A stretch of 64,000 nucleotides of DNA from positions 186,001 to 250,000 of the forward strand of contig JAHLTZ010000014.1 of NCBI GenBank assembly GCA_025786725.1, read 5' to 3'. The notes under the pieces were generated by a model. It was not told the DNA's origin. It was given only the letters and a program-made list of their open reading frames with translations, and did no database searches. The stretch is from Syncephalis fuscata S228 (Eukaryota > Fungi > Zoopagomycota). Positions 40,601-53,817 of the stretch are shown here, piece after piece. Numbering within the stretch: position 1 is the first letter of the stretch; each line of letters begins with the position of its first letter. Both the position numbers and the translations under genes were made by a program.

Positions 40601-41463
40601 GTACTGCTAGTCGCGGCACTACGGTAGCCGGATCCCATTGAGGTGCCGTACGTGCTGCCCTTATTATTGCCAATTCGGCCGGGGTCGGTGGGGGCATTTT
40701 ACTTTCAAAGTAATCGTCTTTCCACGGTCGACCATTTCTGATCACTAAATGGCCAAACTTCTTAAATACACTACGAGCACTGACTAGCAAAATGTTACGG
40801 CGTCGCAGTGTACTTGGTAGATAGCCATGATCATTCATAAATTCTCTATCTTCATCGTTGGCATCCACTCGTTTCAAGTCTGGATTACGCATAAAGAATA
40901 CATAACTATCACGGTAGTGCAATAAGGCCGATGGCTCTTTAGCTAACATATAAAGACGACGTGGGTGTCGTGTTCGTACAGGAAATGCCGGTATGGCATA
41001 TTCACGACCTTTAATACAACATATATAATATAAATATTAAACACATTATATAATAGTGATCTATTTACTTACCACCTTGTAGAATACCGTCCAAATCAAC
41101 CTTTTGATCTCCCAAATTATCATGTTCACCATCCGAGTTGGGATCATTGAGTGGCATTCCTCCTGATACAGATGCTTCATCATCATCGTCATCGTTATTA
41201 TTATTGCCATGATGGGCATGGTTATTGAATGTATGTGACTTTTCCGTCATAGATATATCCATCATGTCACCTTTGTCATTATTGTCATGATTAATAATAG
41301 AAGTATTTGTTGTTGTTGTTGTGCTATAATGTGTATGCTCAATAGTATTCTTGTCTGCCGTCATCTCATGATCCTCGTGTTGTTGTTGTTGGTTATGACA
41401 ACGACGATGTGTAGGATCGGTACTTGTTCCTATGTCACTATCTGCCACTCGCGTGTCTTCCAT
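37632..41463 (-). CDS. Chromatin-remodelling subunit: Rsc7/Swp82 (CRC) domain + AT-hook + tandem PHD fingers (PHF10-like; multi-exon)
   Basis: CRC motifs GILQGGREY, YRDSYVFFMRNPDL, LVSARSVFKKFGHLVIRNGRPWKDDYFE; GRPRGRPP AT-hook; double PHD (CTDCQRKYHALC...WQCRNCKRC...CTGCDRAWHIAC...WYC); further PHD MACCDICERWIHMRC...YACPLC. Exons joined by GT-AG introns, with one apparent missing base at ~38173. Confidence 0.8.
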
Positions 41464-42268
41464 GGTCGTGGCAAGTTGCCGTCTAGAAGCAATGGTGTAA
41501 AATTGGCCAATGCCACAATTAGTCCAGTCTATTGTGTATCCAGTACAATGATCTTTGTATAATCGTTAGATCGCAGCTATAGTACTATGTCTGGTAGTGA
41601 CTAGTAGCATATAGGTGGTAACACTGCCAATAATCTATGCTTAACAAGAGTGTCTACTCACACCGCGTGCAATAGACAGAATTGTCGTTGCAGTTGTTAT
41701 TGTTATTGTTTAGTTATTACTATGGTCGTTGTTGTTACGTCTTTCTTTCCAGCAATATTGTCATGGTCATAGTGCAAGTATTATTACACTCTCTTACTCA
41801 CTCACTCACTCACCACCCACGCTTATCGCTTTTACCAACGCTTTTTCTTTTTGTTATGGCAACGCCGTGTTACGTACCTGCACTGCGTCAAACAGCACTG
41901 TAAACAAATAGTAATTGACAGATAATCTGCCCTAAAGACTACAATCAAAAGAAAGTAACTCCACTGTCTGAAGGGGGGCAAGTGTGGGTGTGTGTACGAT
42001 AGAGACGCCACGACAACCTGAATGTTTTGTGTGTGCGTATCAACCAAATGAGAGTGAGATGGATAGTGTATTTTCACTTTTACCAAATACAGCACCCGGT
42101 CTTTTAATAAATAATAGCTAAATCGGTAGTAAGTTGGTTTGTATAATGGCTTGTAAGTAAATACAATTGGCGTTAATTACTCGTATATCAATGTATAAAG
42201 GCTGGCTATTGCTATGCTAATAAATTACAGTGTTGGATAAAATAAAACAATCCTACAATATGGGTATG

Positions 42269-42278
42269 GTCACGTGAC
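42269..42278. promoter_or_regulatory. Palindromic GTCACGTGAC bHLH (Cbf1-type) E-box in the divergent promoter of RPA135
   Basis: Perfect 10-bp palindrome ~230 bp upstream of the RPA135 ATG; function inferred only. Confidence 0.35.
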
Positions 42279-42509
42279 TAAATATTTTTTCTTTTCTTTT
42301 TTGTGTGTAATGTGTAGATTGGTGTAATGTTATTTTCTTGAGTTTGTCGCTTTTCTATCTACCTTTCTTCTAACTGTCTATCCTTTAACAAGGCTGCTAT
42401 TCCACGTAGTTTGTTATAGGTAGTAATTAATAAGACTAGAAGTGTTATTGTTGAACACGAATACGACATTACTGTGTAGTTGGTAGTTAGTAGACACGCG
42501 AATAGCAAT

Positions 42510-43020
42510 ATGACACCACCACCGCAGACATCGCAGTTTCATACTGTGAAGCGAGAGCTGTTTGCGCGGAATCCTTCAAGCAAGGAATTCGAGTACCCAG
42601 CCCTGCAAACACTTACATTCCCTCATATAAAGTCATTTAACGCTATTACGGAACGATGCCATGGCGATACACTTGAAGAGGGTGTATCTACCGGCCTTAT
42701 TGACCTGGCACTGGAGGATATTGGACAAAAGTCGGTATTTGATGGCAAAGTAGGCGGGGAAAATGGATTCGGCAACAAATTAACCTGTATCCTTTTAATC
42801 GCGTCTATTAACAACTAATATTGCTATGCATTATGTGGTTATACTTGACTATAACTGATTGATGAATATAGTGTGGATTGAAGAAGTGCAGATTGGTCGA
42901 CCAGCCGTGCCAGAACGCGATACACACTCTGTGAACCGACTAACACTTCCATCTGAGGTAATTTAATTTAAATAGATTATATAACTACTAATAATTACGT
43001 ATAATATTATTATTATTCCT

Positions 43021-43051
<31 letters not shown>

Positions 43052-46000
43052 GTGTCGTGAACGTCTTACAAATTATACTGGCCGATTAATGGTCAAATTG
43101 TGCTGGCGTGTTAATGATGGTCCAGTTCAAACAGAATTGAAACAGATGGGTATGGCGCCTATTATGGTCAAGTCGAATCTATGTAATATTGAAAAATATT
43201 CACCACGTCAATTGATCGATGCCGGCGAGGAAAGTGAAGAAATGGGCGGCTACTTTTTAGTCAATGGTATTGAAAAGATTATTCGATTACTAATTGTTAA
43301 TCGTCGTAATCATGTAAGTACACTATATTTAATCTATCTAATTTATTAATCTATTTAATGCATTACTAGGTCATGGCTATTATGCGTCCATCATTTGCTA
43401 ATCGTGGTCCTTCTTACACACCTTATGGCTGTCAAATACGCTGTGTTCGACCTGATGAAACTTCATCGACTGTCGGTCTTAACTACTTGAACGATGGACA
43501 AGTAATGTTTCGTTTCAGTTTCCGTAAACAAGAGTTTCTTGTACCAGTCGTCATGATTCTTAAGGTAAATAGACATTGATGCAATAATATAAAGTAAATA
43601 TTAATTATGAATACAATAGAGCTTAATCGAGACATCAGACAAAGAGATATTCGAAGCTATTTTAAGAGGCGATTATGCAAATACATTTGTTACTGATCGT
43701 GTTGAATTGATGTTACGAAAGTTTAAAAACTACTCTTTATTTAGCCGTGAACAATGTCTGGCCTATTTGGGCGATAAATTCCGCGTAGTCATGAATATGA
43801 CCGAAGACACCACAGATATACAAGTGGGCGAACATTTATTGAACAAAGTAGTTATGGTCCACCTTAAACATAATAGAGATAAATTTAATTTATTAGCGTA
43901 AGTATTATATAGTCAATATAGATTAGTAAGCTAATTAATATATATATATATATTATGTATGTATGCATGTATGTATATAGATTTATGATTACCAAGCTAT
44001 ACGCTCTTGTATCAGGTGAATGTGCACCAGATAATCCTGATTCACCTCAACATCAAGAAGTATTACTGGGCGGCTTTTTATATGCCGGTATTCTTAAAGA
44101 GAAGTTAGAAGATTGGTTACTGGGTATTCGAGGGGAAGTAATGCGTGAAGTACGTCGTCATCCACAAAATGTCGATTTTATGGATCGTAAGTATTAAATA
44201 TAATATATTTATATAGCAAATACTAATAACAATGTTATATAGGTCGTTATTTACTAAAGTTGTTCAATTCTGTGCCTAGCGATATTGGCAAAAAATTGCA
44301 CTATTTTTTGGCCACTGGCAATCTTATTTCTACCACTGGATTAGATTTACAACAGGTGTGTTATTTATTTTAACAAACTATGCTATAATATTAATATTAA
44401 TAACAATATTGTTATAATAGACATCAGGATTTACTATTATTGCTGAAAAGCTTAACTTTTTACGTTATTTATCCCATTTCCGTTGTATTCATCGTGGTGC
44501 TTTCTTTGCCGAATTGAAGACAACAACTGTGCGTAAATTATTGCCTGAAGCATGGGGTACGTGACTCATTATAGATACTAATTAATTATTAACTATATCT
44601 AATGTATTAAATAGGCTTTTTGTGTCCAGTACATACACCTGATGGTACACCATGTGGTCTATTAAACCATTTGGCACATACTTGTAAAGTAGTGACCTAT
44701 TTCGCCCGTACCGATGCACTACCTCGTCTATTGGCCAGTCTAGGTGTTTCATTGAATGTTGTGAGTCCTGAACCACAAGATATCTGTGTTCAACTTGATG
44801 GTCGACTTATTGGCTGGTGTTCACCGGCCCTTGCTGAACGAGTTGCTCGGGAACTACGCCACTGGAAGGTAACCGGCCAACAAAAGGCAATCTCTATGGA
44901 TTTAGAGATTGGCTATGTGCCACCCTCCAATCGAGGCCAGTATCCAGGATTGTATCTATTTGCCAGTCCAGCTCGTATGATGCGACCTGTACGCTATCTA
45001 GCCACCGATCAACAGGATATGATTGGTTCATTTGAACAAGTAAGCGACTGATTAGCTGTTAGATGGTATACTATACTAATGGCCTGCTCTACTTGACAGG
45101 TATATATGGAAGTGGCCTGTATGAACGACGAAGTAGATCCCGAGACAAGTACACATCAAGAATATACACCAACCAATATTCTAAGTGTTGTGAGCAACTT
45201 GACACCATTTTCTGACTTTAATCAGTCGCCGCGTAACATGTATCAATGTCAGATGGGAAAACAGACGATGGGTACACCGGCACAAGCATTGGATAAACGT
45301 ACCGATAATAAGTTATATCGTATACAAACGGGCCAGACACCTATTGTTAGACCAAAGTTACACGATACCTACGGTATTGATGGATTCCCTAACGGTATGA
45401 ATGCTGTTGTAGCCGTTATTTCATTTACTGGTAAGTAATTAGATGTAGTGTTATAACAAATAGCTCGTTTTTCTATTTATTATTGATCGTCATCAGGTTA
45501 TGATATGGAGGATGCCATGATTCTTAATAAATCAGGCCATGAACGAGGATTTGGCTACGGTACAGTTTACAAGTCTCAAGTTATCGACTTGATGGAAGCG
45601 CAACGATCCGGCGAAGGTATGCGTTATCACTTTGGACTTGGATCAGATACACCACGCAAAGTAATGGAGAAACTCGATCTGGATGGATTGCCATTTATTG
45701 GTGTTAAATTGAGGGATGGAGATCCATTGTGTGCCTATGTAGATGACGTGACAGGAAAGACAATTATTAAAAAGTATAAAGGGCTTGAGGATGGCTATGT
45801 AGATCAAGTAAGACTACTCGGTAAGTACTTTACTATTAATCGTGTTAAATACAACTGTTAATGCTGTTATTAGGCAATGATATGGGCGACCAAGAATGTC
45901 AAAAGGTCCATATCCGTTTCCGTATTACACGTTCACCTATTATTGGCGACAAGTTCTCGTCTCGTCATGGACAGAAGGGTGTTTGTTCACAAAAATGGCC

Positions 46001-46958
46001 GGCAGTTGACATGCCATGGACTGAATCAGGCATGCAACCAGATGTTATTATTAATCCACACGCTTTCCCCTCTCGTATGACGATTGGTATGTTTGTTGAG
46101 AGTTTGGCCGGTAAGAGTGGTGCGCTACACGGTATTGTGCAAGATGCCACACCCTTCCAGTAAGTGCAAGCTATAGGATGAATTTGTTACCGTAGCTTAT
46201 TGTACTTTTAGATTTAGTGAAGAGCATACAGCGGCCGATTATTTCGGCGAACAGCTTGTAGAGGCTGGCTACAACTATCATGGCAATGAACCGATGTATA
46301 GCGGTATTACCGGTGAAGAATTCCGTGTTGACATTTATATCGGTGTAAGTAATAAGGATTACACATGTATAGATAGATGTGTGCATGTGTATATAGACAT
46401 TATATTTATTCTATTGATTAGCTTGTTTACTATCAACGCTTACGTCATATGGTGGCTGATAAATATCAAGTGCGTACAACAGGTCCGGTGAATGCATTGA
46501 CGCAACAACCTTTGGGTGTAAGTAGAAATTATAGTCGCTTTAGTAATATATTAATTGTTTTATGTTATCAATAGGGCCGTAAACGAGCAGGTGGTATTCG
46601 TTTCGGTGAAATGGAACGTGATTCTCTATTGGCTCATGGTGTTTCATTTTTATTACAAGATCGATTGATGAATTGTTCCGACTACTCACAAGTAAGCTAA
46701 ACAAACTAAGCTATTTATCAATCATATTAATAATGCCACTATCTTTATTTTATTTAGACACATATTTGTCAGCGATGCCACTCAATCGTCTCACCTGCTT
46801 CATTAGGCGTATCGGCTGCTTCAACTGACCAAACTATTAAGTGTCGCTTATGTGACCGGTCAGATGCCGTGGTTCTAGTGGCTGTTCCTTATGTCTTCCG
46901 CTATCTGGCCACTGAATTAATGGCTATGAATATTCGGCTTGACTTGACAGTGCAGTAA
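42510..46958 (+). CDS. RPA135: RNA polymerase I second-largest subunit (multi-exon)
   Basis: [85 protein letters not shown]; ATG at 42510, TAA at 46956-46958. Confidence 0.97.
42787..42871 (+). other. U12-type (minor spliceosome) GT-AG intron in RPA135
   Basis: 5' site GTATCCTTTT; branch-like TACTTGAC at 42842-42849; removal restores the frame [15 protein letters not shown]. Confidence 0.75.
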
Positions 46959-49209
46959 AGTACTTGATAAAATGAACTAAAACTATTATAATAAACAGCT
47001 ATTTCTACTATGCCTACGCTTTAAATAGACCAAATAAAGCAATAACATAGCTTGTCTTTATTCTGTTTATTGGTAGTTGTTATATATTTATACTTAGTTC
47101 CATGGATACACACATCGATGCATCGATAGATCGATATATCTATAACTGTTTATATCTATATCTATCATTCTATAGAATGGTGAGTTAGAATGTAAAACTT
47201 CGTTTCAGTGACATCGATGGCATCCCCCGTCCTATTGGCATTTTCCGTCAAAAAAGTGACAGTTTTTACTTTTGTCACGTTTTTGATTTTTCATTTTTGC
47301 ACCCTGGTTTGAGACGGATGCGTAGACAGTAGCAGTAGAAACTAGTTTTTGCTATAGTCATTGCTGGTATTCTACTGCTATAATCGAGTCTCCATTCAAA
47401 TCTAGCCGACCCTTCAGCCCTGCTTGTGCTGTTGAGCCATTAAAACGTAATTAGTGTATTAATGGTCATATTATTGGCCAGTTTTACTGTCCCCTGTTGA
47501 AAAACAGTAAAAACTGAAAACACGCATGGCCTCTTTAATTTCTTACTCGTCGGCTTTTCATTGGCCCTTTCAAACATTCCTTTATTGCCAAATTGCAACA
47601 GTCCATTTCTCTCTATTCTCACAAATCCACATAAGTATCTGTCTATTTATCTATCTATATACCCATCTGTTTGAGTGTGTGTGTGTGGATGAGTGTGAAA
47701 TATAATAAACTGTTGCTTACACATAGCTTTCATAGTGCATGTGGCTAGTTATAAATAACTGTACAAGTATAGCATTGGTGTTAATAGCAATAGTGTCAAT
47801 AGTGTTAATGTTACAATAATAATGCCATAACAACTATCTGGTTATAATGATGTTAATATTACAATAATTGATACAACTATTACACTTGTCACTACAAGAT
47901 GATTTTGACTGTCCCCCTCTCCACCTTTCCACCTCTTCTCTTCTTTCTCTTTCTCTTCCCACTCGCACATATACAGCTATTTATTTATATAGCTGTCATT
48001 GTCGCTGTCATTGTCAGTTTTACTGTGGGCGGTTCTACGTGTATATCGTGTGTTCGACACTAGTACACTATTTATTGCTACGATTCTTTTTGTATCTGTG
48101 TGTATCTGTTTGGCCGCCACTATTTTATACGCTAGTTGAGGACTATAAAAATAGCCGCCATTCTGCTACCACGTCTTTCCAATTTCAAAGCATCACTTTT
48201 CTATTACGACGATTACGGTAGGTAGGTCTTTATGAATGACGTTATGTGATGGGCTATGTATGATCAAGCGTTAATTCGCGTATATACAGCAAAAGATACA
48301 AATAGTTCTGTTGTGTTATGTTTATGCATATGTGCGCAGTTGACAGACGGATGTGTATTGCCAAAGTGAGGACACTGCGGTTTATTTGTATTACACTTTC
48401 TCTTTATTATCTTTACTATCTATCCTCTACTTTCTATTCGTCTTTCTATTTCTTTCTTTATGTACATATACAAGTGTGTGTATATTATATATGTGTGTAT
48501 GAGTGTATGTGTGTGTGTGTGTGTGACTGGTGCGGACTATAAAGTCTAATATTAAGCGTCTTGTGGACTGTTACTATTAGTATTGGTATTACTATTATTA
48601 CTGCTACTTTGTCCCTATTACTAGACGGATGGGACGGCTAGATCTAAAAGTAGTTCATTGATACTTGTCATTAAGTTGGTCGTTGTTTATAGAACGACTA
48701 TTGGCATTAGTATAATGGCGATCTATTGGTGCATACGCGTGTTTTTGGATATGGATCGGATAAATCCGCCGTCTCACTTGACTGACATTCATGCCAACGC
48801 ACACCCACCCACCCACACCTACACATCTACACTCATCATCTACACCCACATCCATACATTTACATCTACCTATCTACATCCACGTGTACAAACAGCATGA
48901 AGTGAAAACGGGTGGTTATCATTGTCTACGATAACCAATCAAATAAATTACAGATACTCGTTTGGTATTTCTATCAAACAATGTAGATGTATAATGGTCA
49001 TCTATATGGATATGCCATGACATGCACACCAATGAAGTGTGAGATAGACCCGTTTAATGATAAATGACGTAATGCATATCCCTCTGCTCAGTCATGACGA
49101 GTCACGTGGATTGCCATGCAGTAAACAACATATCGTATGAATTAGTTTGCTAATGTTTATTTCTATATGTTTATGACTTTCTGCTTGCTATCTGGTCCGA
49201 CTAATAGCT

Positions 49210-51109
49210 ATGCCTGTTGAATATTCTGAGCCGCAACACGCACTTTCGGTTAGCACTAATATAGTAGGTGGCAGCGGCAACGGCCATCATCACCAGCAGC
49301 AGCAGCAACAGCAGCAACAACAACAGCAACATCACCATAATAACGGTTATTCAGTCCATTTGGCTGCTGTTAACGCTTCATCAGCCGGTATGCCCTCATC
49401 TGCGTTTCAAGCGGTTTCACAGCACTCTAACACCTCAGTCGGGTCGACCATGTCTCATCCAATGGCAGCTTCTCCTATGATGAATATGATGCACACACAG
49501 TCGCTTCAAGCATCTTCAGCAGTTAAGCAGCAACAGCAACAGCAACAGCAACAACAGTACATGTATCCACAGTTGCCTGATCCTATGCACGGTCCCGTAT
49601 TCTTTTGGAGGCTAAAAAGCTGTTGCAGCATCCAATTCTGCCTGAATCGGCCCTTCAATCAGCTAGTATGCTATCAAGTCCGATTGAAGAAGAGGCGTCG
49701 CCTACAAGTGGTAATATGATGATCCATCTTTCTGACCAAGTGCCTATGCGACGCAGTAAATCACGCAGCATAGATGAATCTATGCAAGATATGTCCCCGC
49801 AAGCAAAGGCATCGTTTGCTGAACGTATGCGTATGGAGAACCGTGAGCGTAAGAAGCGTTGGCGTGAACGCAACGAGGACAGAAGTAAGTAGGCTAGAAC
49901 AATGATAATATAGTCCTTTTTTAATTCGATTTAGACAAGGATAACGATCTACGTTGCCGAGTTAACAAACGGGCTAGCAAGCTGTTTGGGCTTGAGCCAT
50001 CAGAGCACAAAGCACGCTGGACAGCCGAGGAATTTGAACGTCGTCGCCAGAAGCGCAAGGAGAAAGAAGCTCGTCGCAAAATGGGCGTTAGTGGACTGGA
50101 CACGACGACGTCATCGGCCAATATGAGTCCATTGACCAGTGGACAAACAACACCGGTCTCGGCCAATCATCCTGGCCTTTCTTACTCGTCGGCCTTTTCG
50201 TCCTCATCGGCCGTCAACTCGCTTCATCAGCAGCACCTATCCGGCTACGAACACGCTCATGGTGATTTCGGTATGACTGCCAATGATGCATCTACCTATA
50301 TGAATGTACAGCTAGAGCGCAAACTGCCACCGCCATCGTTGGCTGCATCAGCACCTCTAGCACCCCAGACAGCTAATTCGTTTCTATGTAACTGCCAAGG
50401 AACAACACACACATCAGATTGTCGGCAACATCATTTGTTGGCCGGCTCGTCCCATTTGTCACTAAGCCATCCGCAATCGCATGCACATCATGCACACCAC
50501 TCAATGTCAGCCGCCGCCGCCGCCGTGGCACATCAACTTGGTCCAATGATGTCCCAACAACAACAACAACAGCATCAGCATCATCAACAGCAGCATCAGC
50601 AACAACAGCAGCAACATCAGCATCATACGGCAACATGTCAACCTCACACGGCACAGCCACGATCCGAAGAGGACTTTCCTATGGATGCAGTCATTACACT
50701 GATGCAACTGAATAATGGATGGCGAACATTGGGTGGCCATGGTCCACAGAACGGTCATGCAGCAGTAACGGCATCGATGGCAAGTATTGCAGCGGCAGCA
50801 GCTGCACCTGTAGTTAATTCTGCCAATATGCTGGCTGCACCTGTCTCTTGGCCTGGTACAACAACACACGGCCCAATAGTTTCAGCAGCTGCCAATGGCA
50901 ATCATGCCATGATGAATACGACGGCTGTAACAACAACAACAGCAGCAACAACAGCGGCAGCAGCAACGGTTGGCTCGCCTATTATCGGTACAGCACAAGC
51001 AGTAGCACACCAGGCAGAACCTATGACACCTTCGCTATCACATAGTTCTACCATTTCTTCCAATTCAAGCGTCACTTCAGATTTAAGTGAAGCAGCGTCT
51101 AATTTCTAG
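49210..51109 (+). CDS. Gln/His/Ala-rich protein with DUF3020 domain (intron ~49885-49934; apparent frameshift at ~49595)
   Basis: RMENRERKKRWRERNEDR-NKDNDLRCRVNKRASKLFG...WTAEEFERRRQKR is the DUF3020 pattern; poly-Q tracts; MDAVITLMQLN motif. Confidence 0.8.
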
Positions 51110-51559
51110 ATAGCTGATGATACTTGATCTTTTCGCTTTACCTTCTTCTTCACTTCTACTCTTTTACTCTTCTTCTCTTGTGAGCGTTTCAATTTATTTT
51201 GCATGTTCCACTCTAGTGAAGTCTGTGGTACTTTTGATTAGTATTATTGCCATCACTGGTATTGTCGCGCTACTATCTATGACTATCTATGGCAGTTGAC
51301 GTTTTTATTTATAGTGCTTCTACTATATAAATGGGCATAATATAGCGCTGCAATGGTAATGATGATTCAATAGAGAATATTTAGTTTTCTATCGATTATA
51401 AAAACACGTATATTTAGATTGACTATCTCTTTCATAACGAAGAGGAAACAATCTTTATTTTTCTTTTTTATTAAAAAGGCGCAATTGAAATTGGAATAGT
51501 GTATGAAACAGTTTATATTATAGATTAATTATATAAAGTGCTGTGTACTATTGAACATT

Positions 51560-52440
51560 ATTAAACAAATTATTATTTATTTATTATGATTTGGTGCTAA
51601 ATGACTACATTTGACAACATTCGCGTAATTGAATTAAATATTTGTTCTATTGTGCATGATGATGGGTGGTGAGTGGCATCAAAGTGTAAAATACTCATCA
51701 TTGTAGATTCATTATTCACTATGCATATATCCACTATTTACTTACATCATTTCCATTCTATTCTATACTAATATATATCATTCTACGATATACTAGACAC
51801 ATTTTGTTTATTAAACTCCATTCATTCCCCTTATTGCGTTATGTGTACTATACCTTCAACACCACTTATCGTACTCTTTTCATTGTAGATTTATTCTATT
51901 TTATACCATTTTATACTCGCATAGTCTTCCTCTATCCAAAATCATCTTTATTTTTATTCTAGCTTTATTACTAACAAAGGTCGACTAATTCCGCTCATTG
52001 ATCATGCATATACGCTCAATAACTTTAACACGGCTAATCGTCATTGCACATCGTATATTCTTTATATTGTATATTATTTTATTGTCTAGTAAATACGCGC
52101 TATCTATTGCAATTGTCCGTTTGGCTCTAGTACTATTTTAATAAACCTTAGCTTATCCACCTCATTCATTTAGCAAGTTATATGTAATTGAAACCTATAA
52201 TAATAGAATGTGTCTAGTATATCATATAATGATATATGGTAGTATGTGATAGAATAGGAATGGTACAGGTAAATAGAGGATATATACTGAATATATGCAT
52301 ACTAGATAATCAATCTACAATGATGAGTATTTTGGACTCTGACATCATTCGCCACCTATCATCATATTCAATTAGAAAGAATATCTAGCTCAATTACGCG
52401 ACTATTATTAGATTAGTTATTTGACCATCAAATTGTATTG
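51560..52440. mobile_element. Head-to-head inverted pair of the dispersed repeat (foldback/MITE-like)
   Basis: 51590-51805 is the reverse complement of ~52205-52430 (for example atactcatcattgtagatt vs aatctacaatgatgagtat, and gatatactagacacatt vs aatgtgtctagtatatc). Confidence 0.7.
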
Positions 52441-53817
52441 AATATTTATTAAATTGTTTATAAACAATAAATTGTATAATAAAGTTAAATGATACAGACC
52501 ATTTTATTCAAAGAAATAAATAACAGAATCTATATGCTTTTAAAAGCGATATATATATATAATAATAATAAATACAAAGTAATAATCAATAACACGCTTT
52601 TATTACGTTAGCGTCAATATATAACTGTTGGTGATTGCGTAGTCGACCACATTGCGACTTATGTGGTAGTAATCCATGACGGCAACGAATATTGGCATCG
52701 TTTGCGCCTATAAACATGACATCACAATTGCAGTTTCAGCCGTAGTTGTACGCTGCAGTTGATAAATCAAACTAAGGCCATTTTCTGGTCGTACATTATA
52801 CTCCCGTTCGCCTAATTCAGCATTTAATGCAAGCACAGCGGCTCGTTTTCCCCGTCAACAAGGCAAATTAAAGCAAGCAATGTCAAAGGCAATTTGTGAA
52901 ATCAAATGGCACTATTGTGAAGGGAACCGGTTCCATATTGCAGAGTAGTAAGAAAATAGGAAAGGAAGAAAAGACGCTATTATGAACATTTCACTAAACT
53001 ATAATTGCGTTATTTAGTTATTATGGGTTGCTTAAGGCCCATAGGTCTTGGTGCTTGCATTACCATGTAATGTTGTTTTCGGCTTTATTTTTCAAACTAA
53101 ACAATTAATGTTAGTATATACAAGTATTATACCATTATCATGATGATATTTGTATTATTCGTATTATTAATGCTAGTACTATCGTTTTTTGCTTCTCTTT
53201 TAATTTACTATAACAATTATGATGATAGTCGATAGCATGCTATTTCAGTGTAACGCTGAATACCTAGTGGCCATTATAATGTTAAGATATCGACGCAAAA
53301 CACGGTGTCAAAACGATAGGTTAGCTATGCTCCTTATTAAGAAATCACATTCTAGTTAAAGAGTACGTATTCATTCTAATCGATGGTATAGTGCGCTATG
53401 AAGCATTGTTGTAAATTCATGCCAGATAAAACAGGCGATAATGCACTCCGTTGGCCCGGGCCATTCTTACGATGAGTTCTTTTAGTTAATATAGTTTGGA
53501 AGTAAGTTTGGCCGATAAATTTAGATATAATACAAAGCAGAAAGGCTGTAGGAAACAATGTTACAAGCAGTAAGAACATCATGAAACATTGTGTCCAAAG
53601 ACAGTCATATATTTGTACCTCGTACAAATACGCAAAAGATGGTCCATATGGACAGTTAAGGCGGATTTTTACAAATACGAGTAGTTTAAATAGTGCGGTA
53701 TATTTGTAAACTAGGAGTCTTTATATCATCAAATCATCGTTTCAACAACAGCGACCATTCCTCCTTATTCTGCAATACGCGCATACTCAACTGTTTCTTT
53801 ACGACTGTCAGGATACA

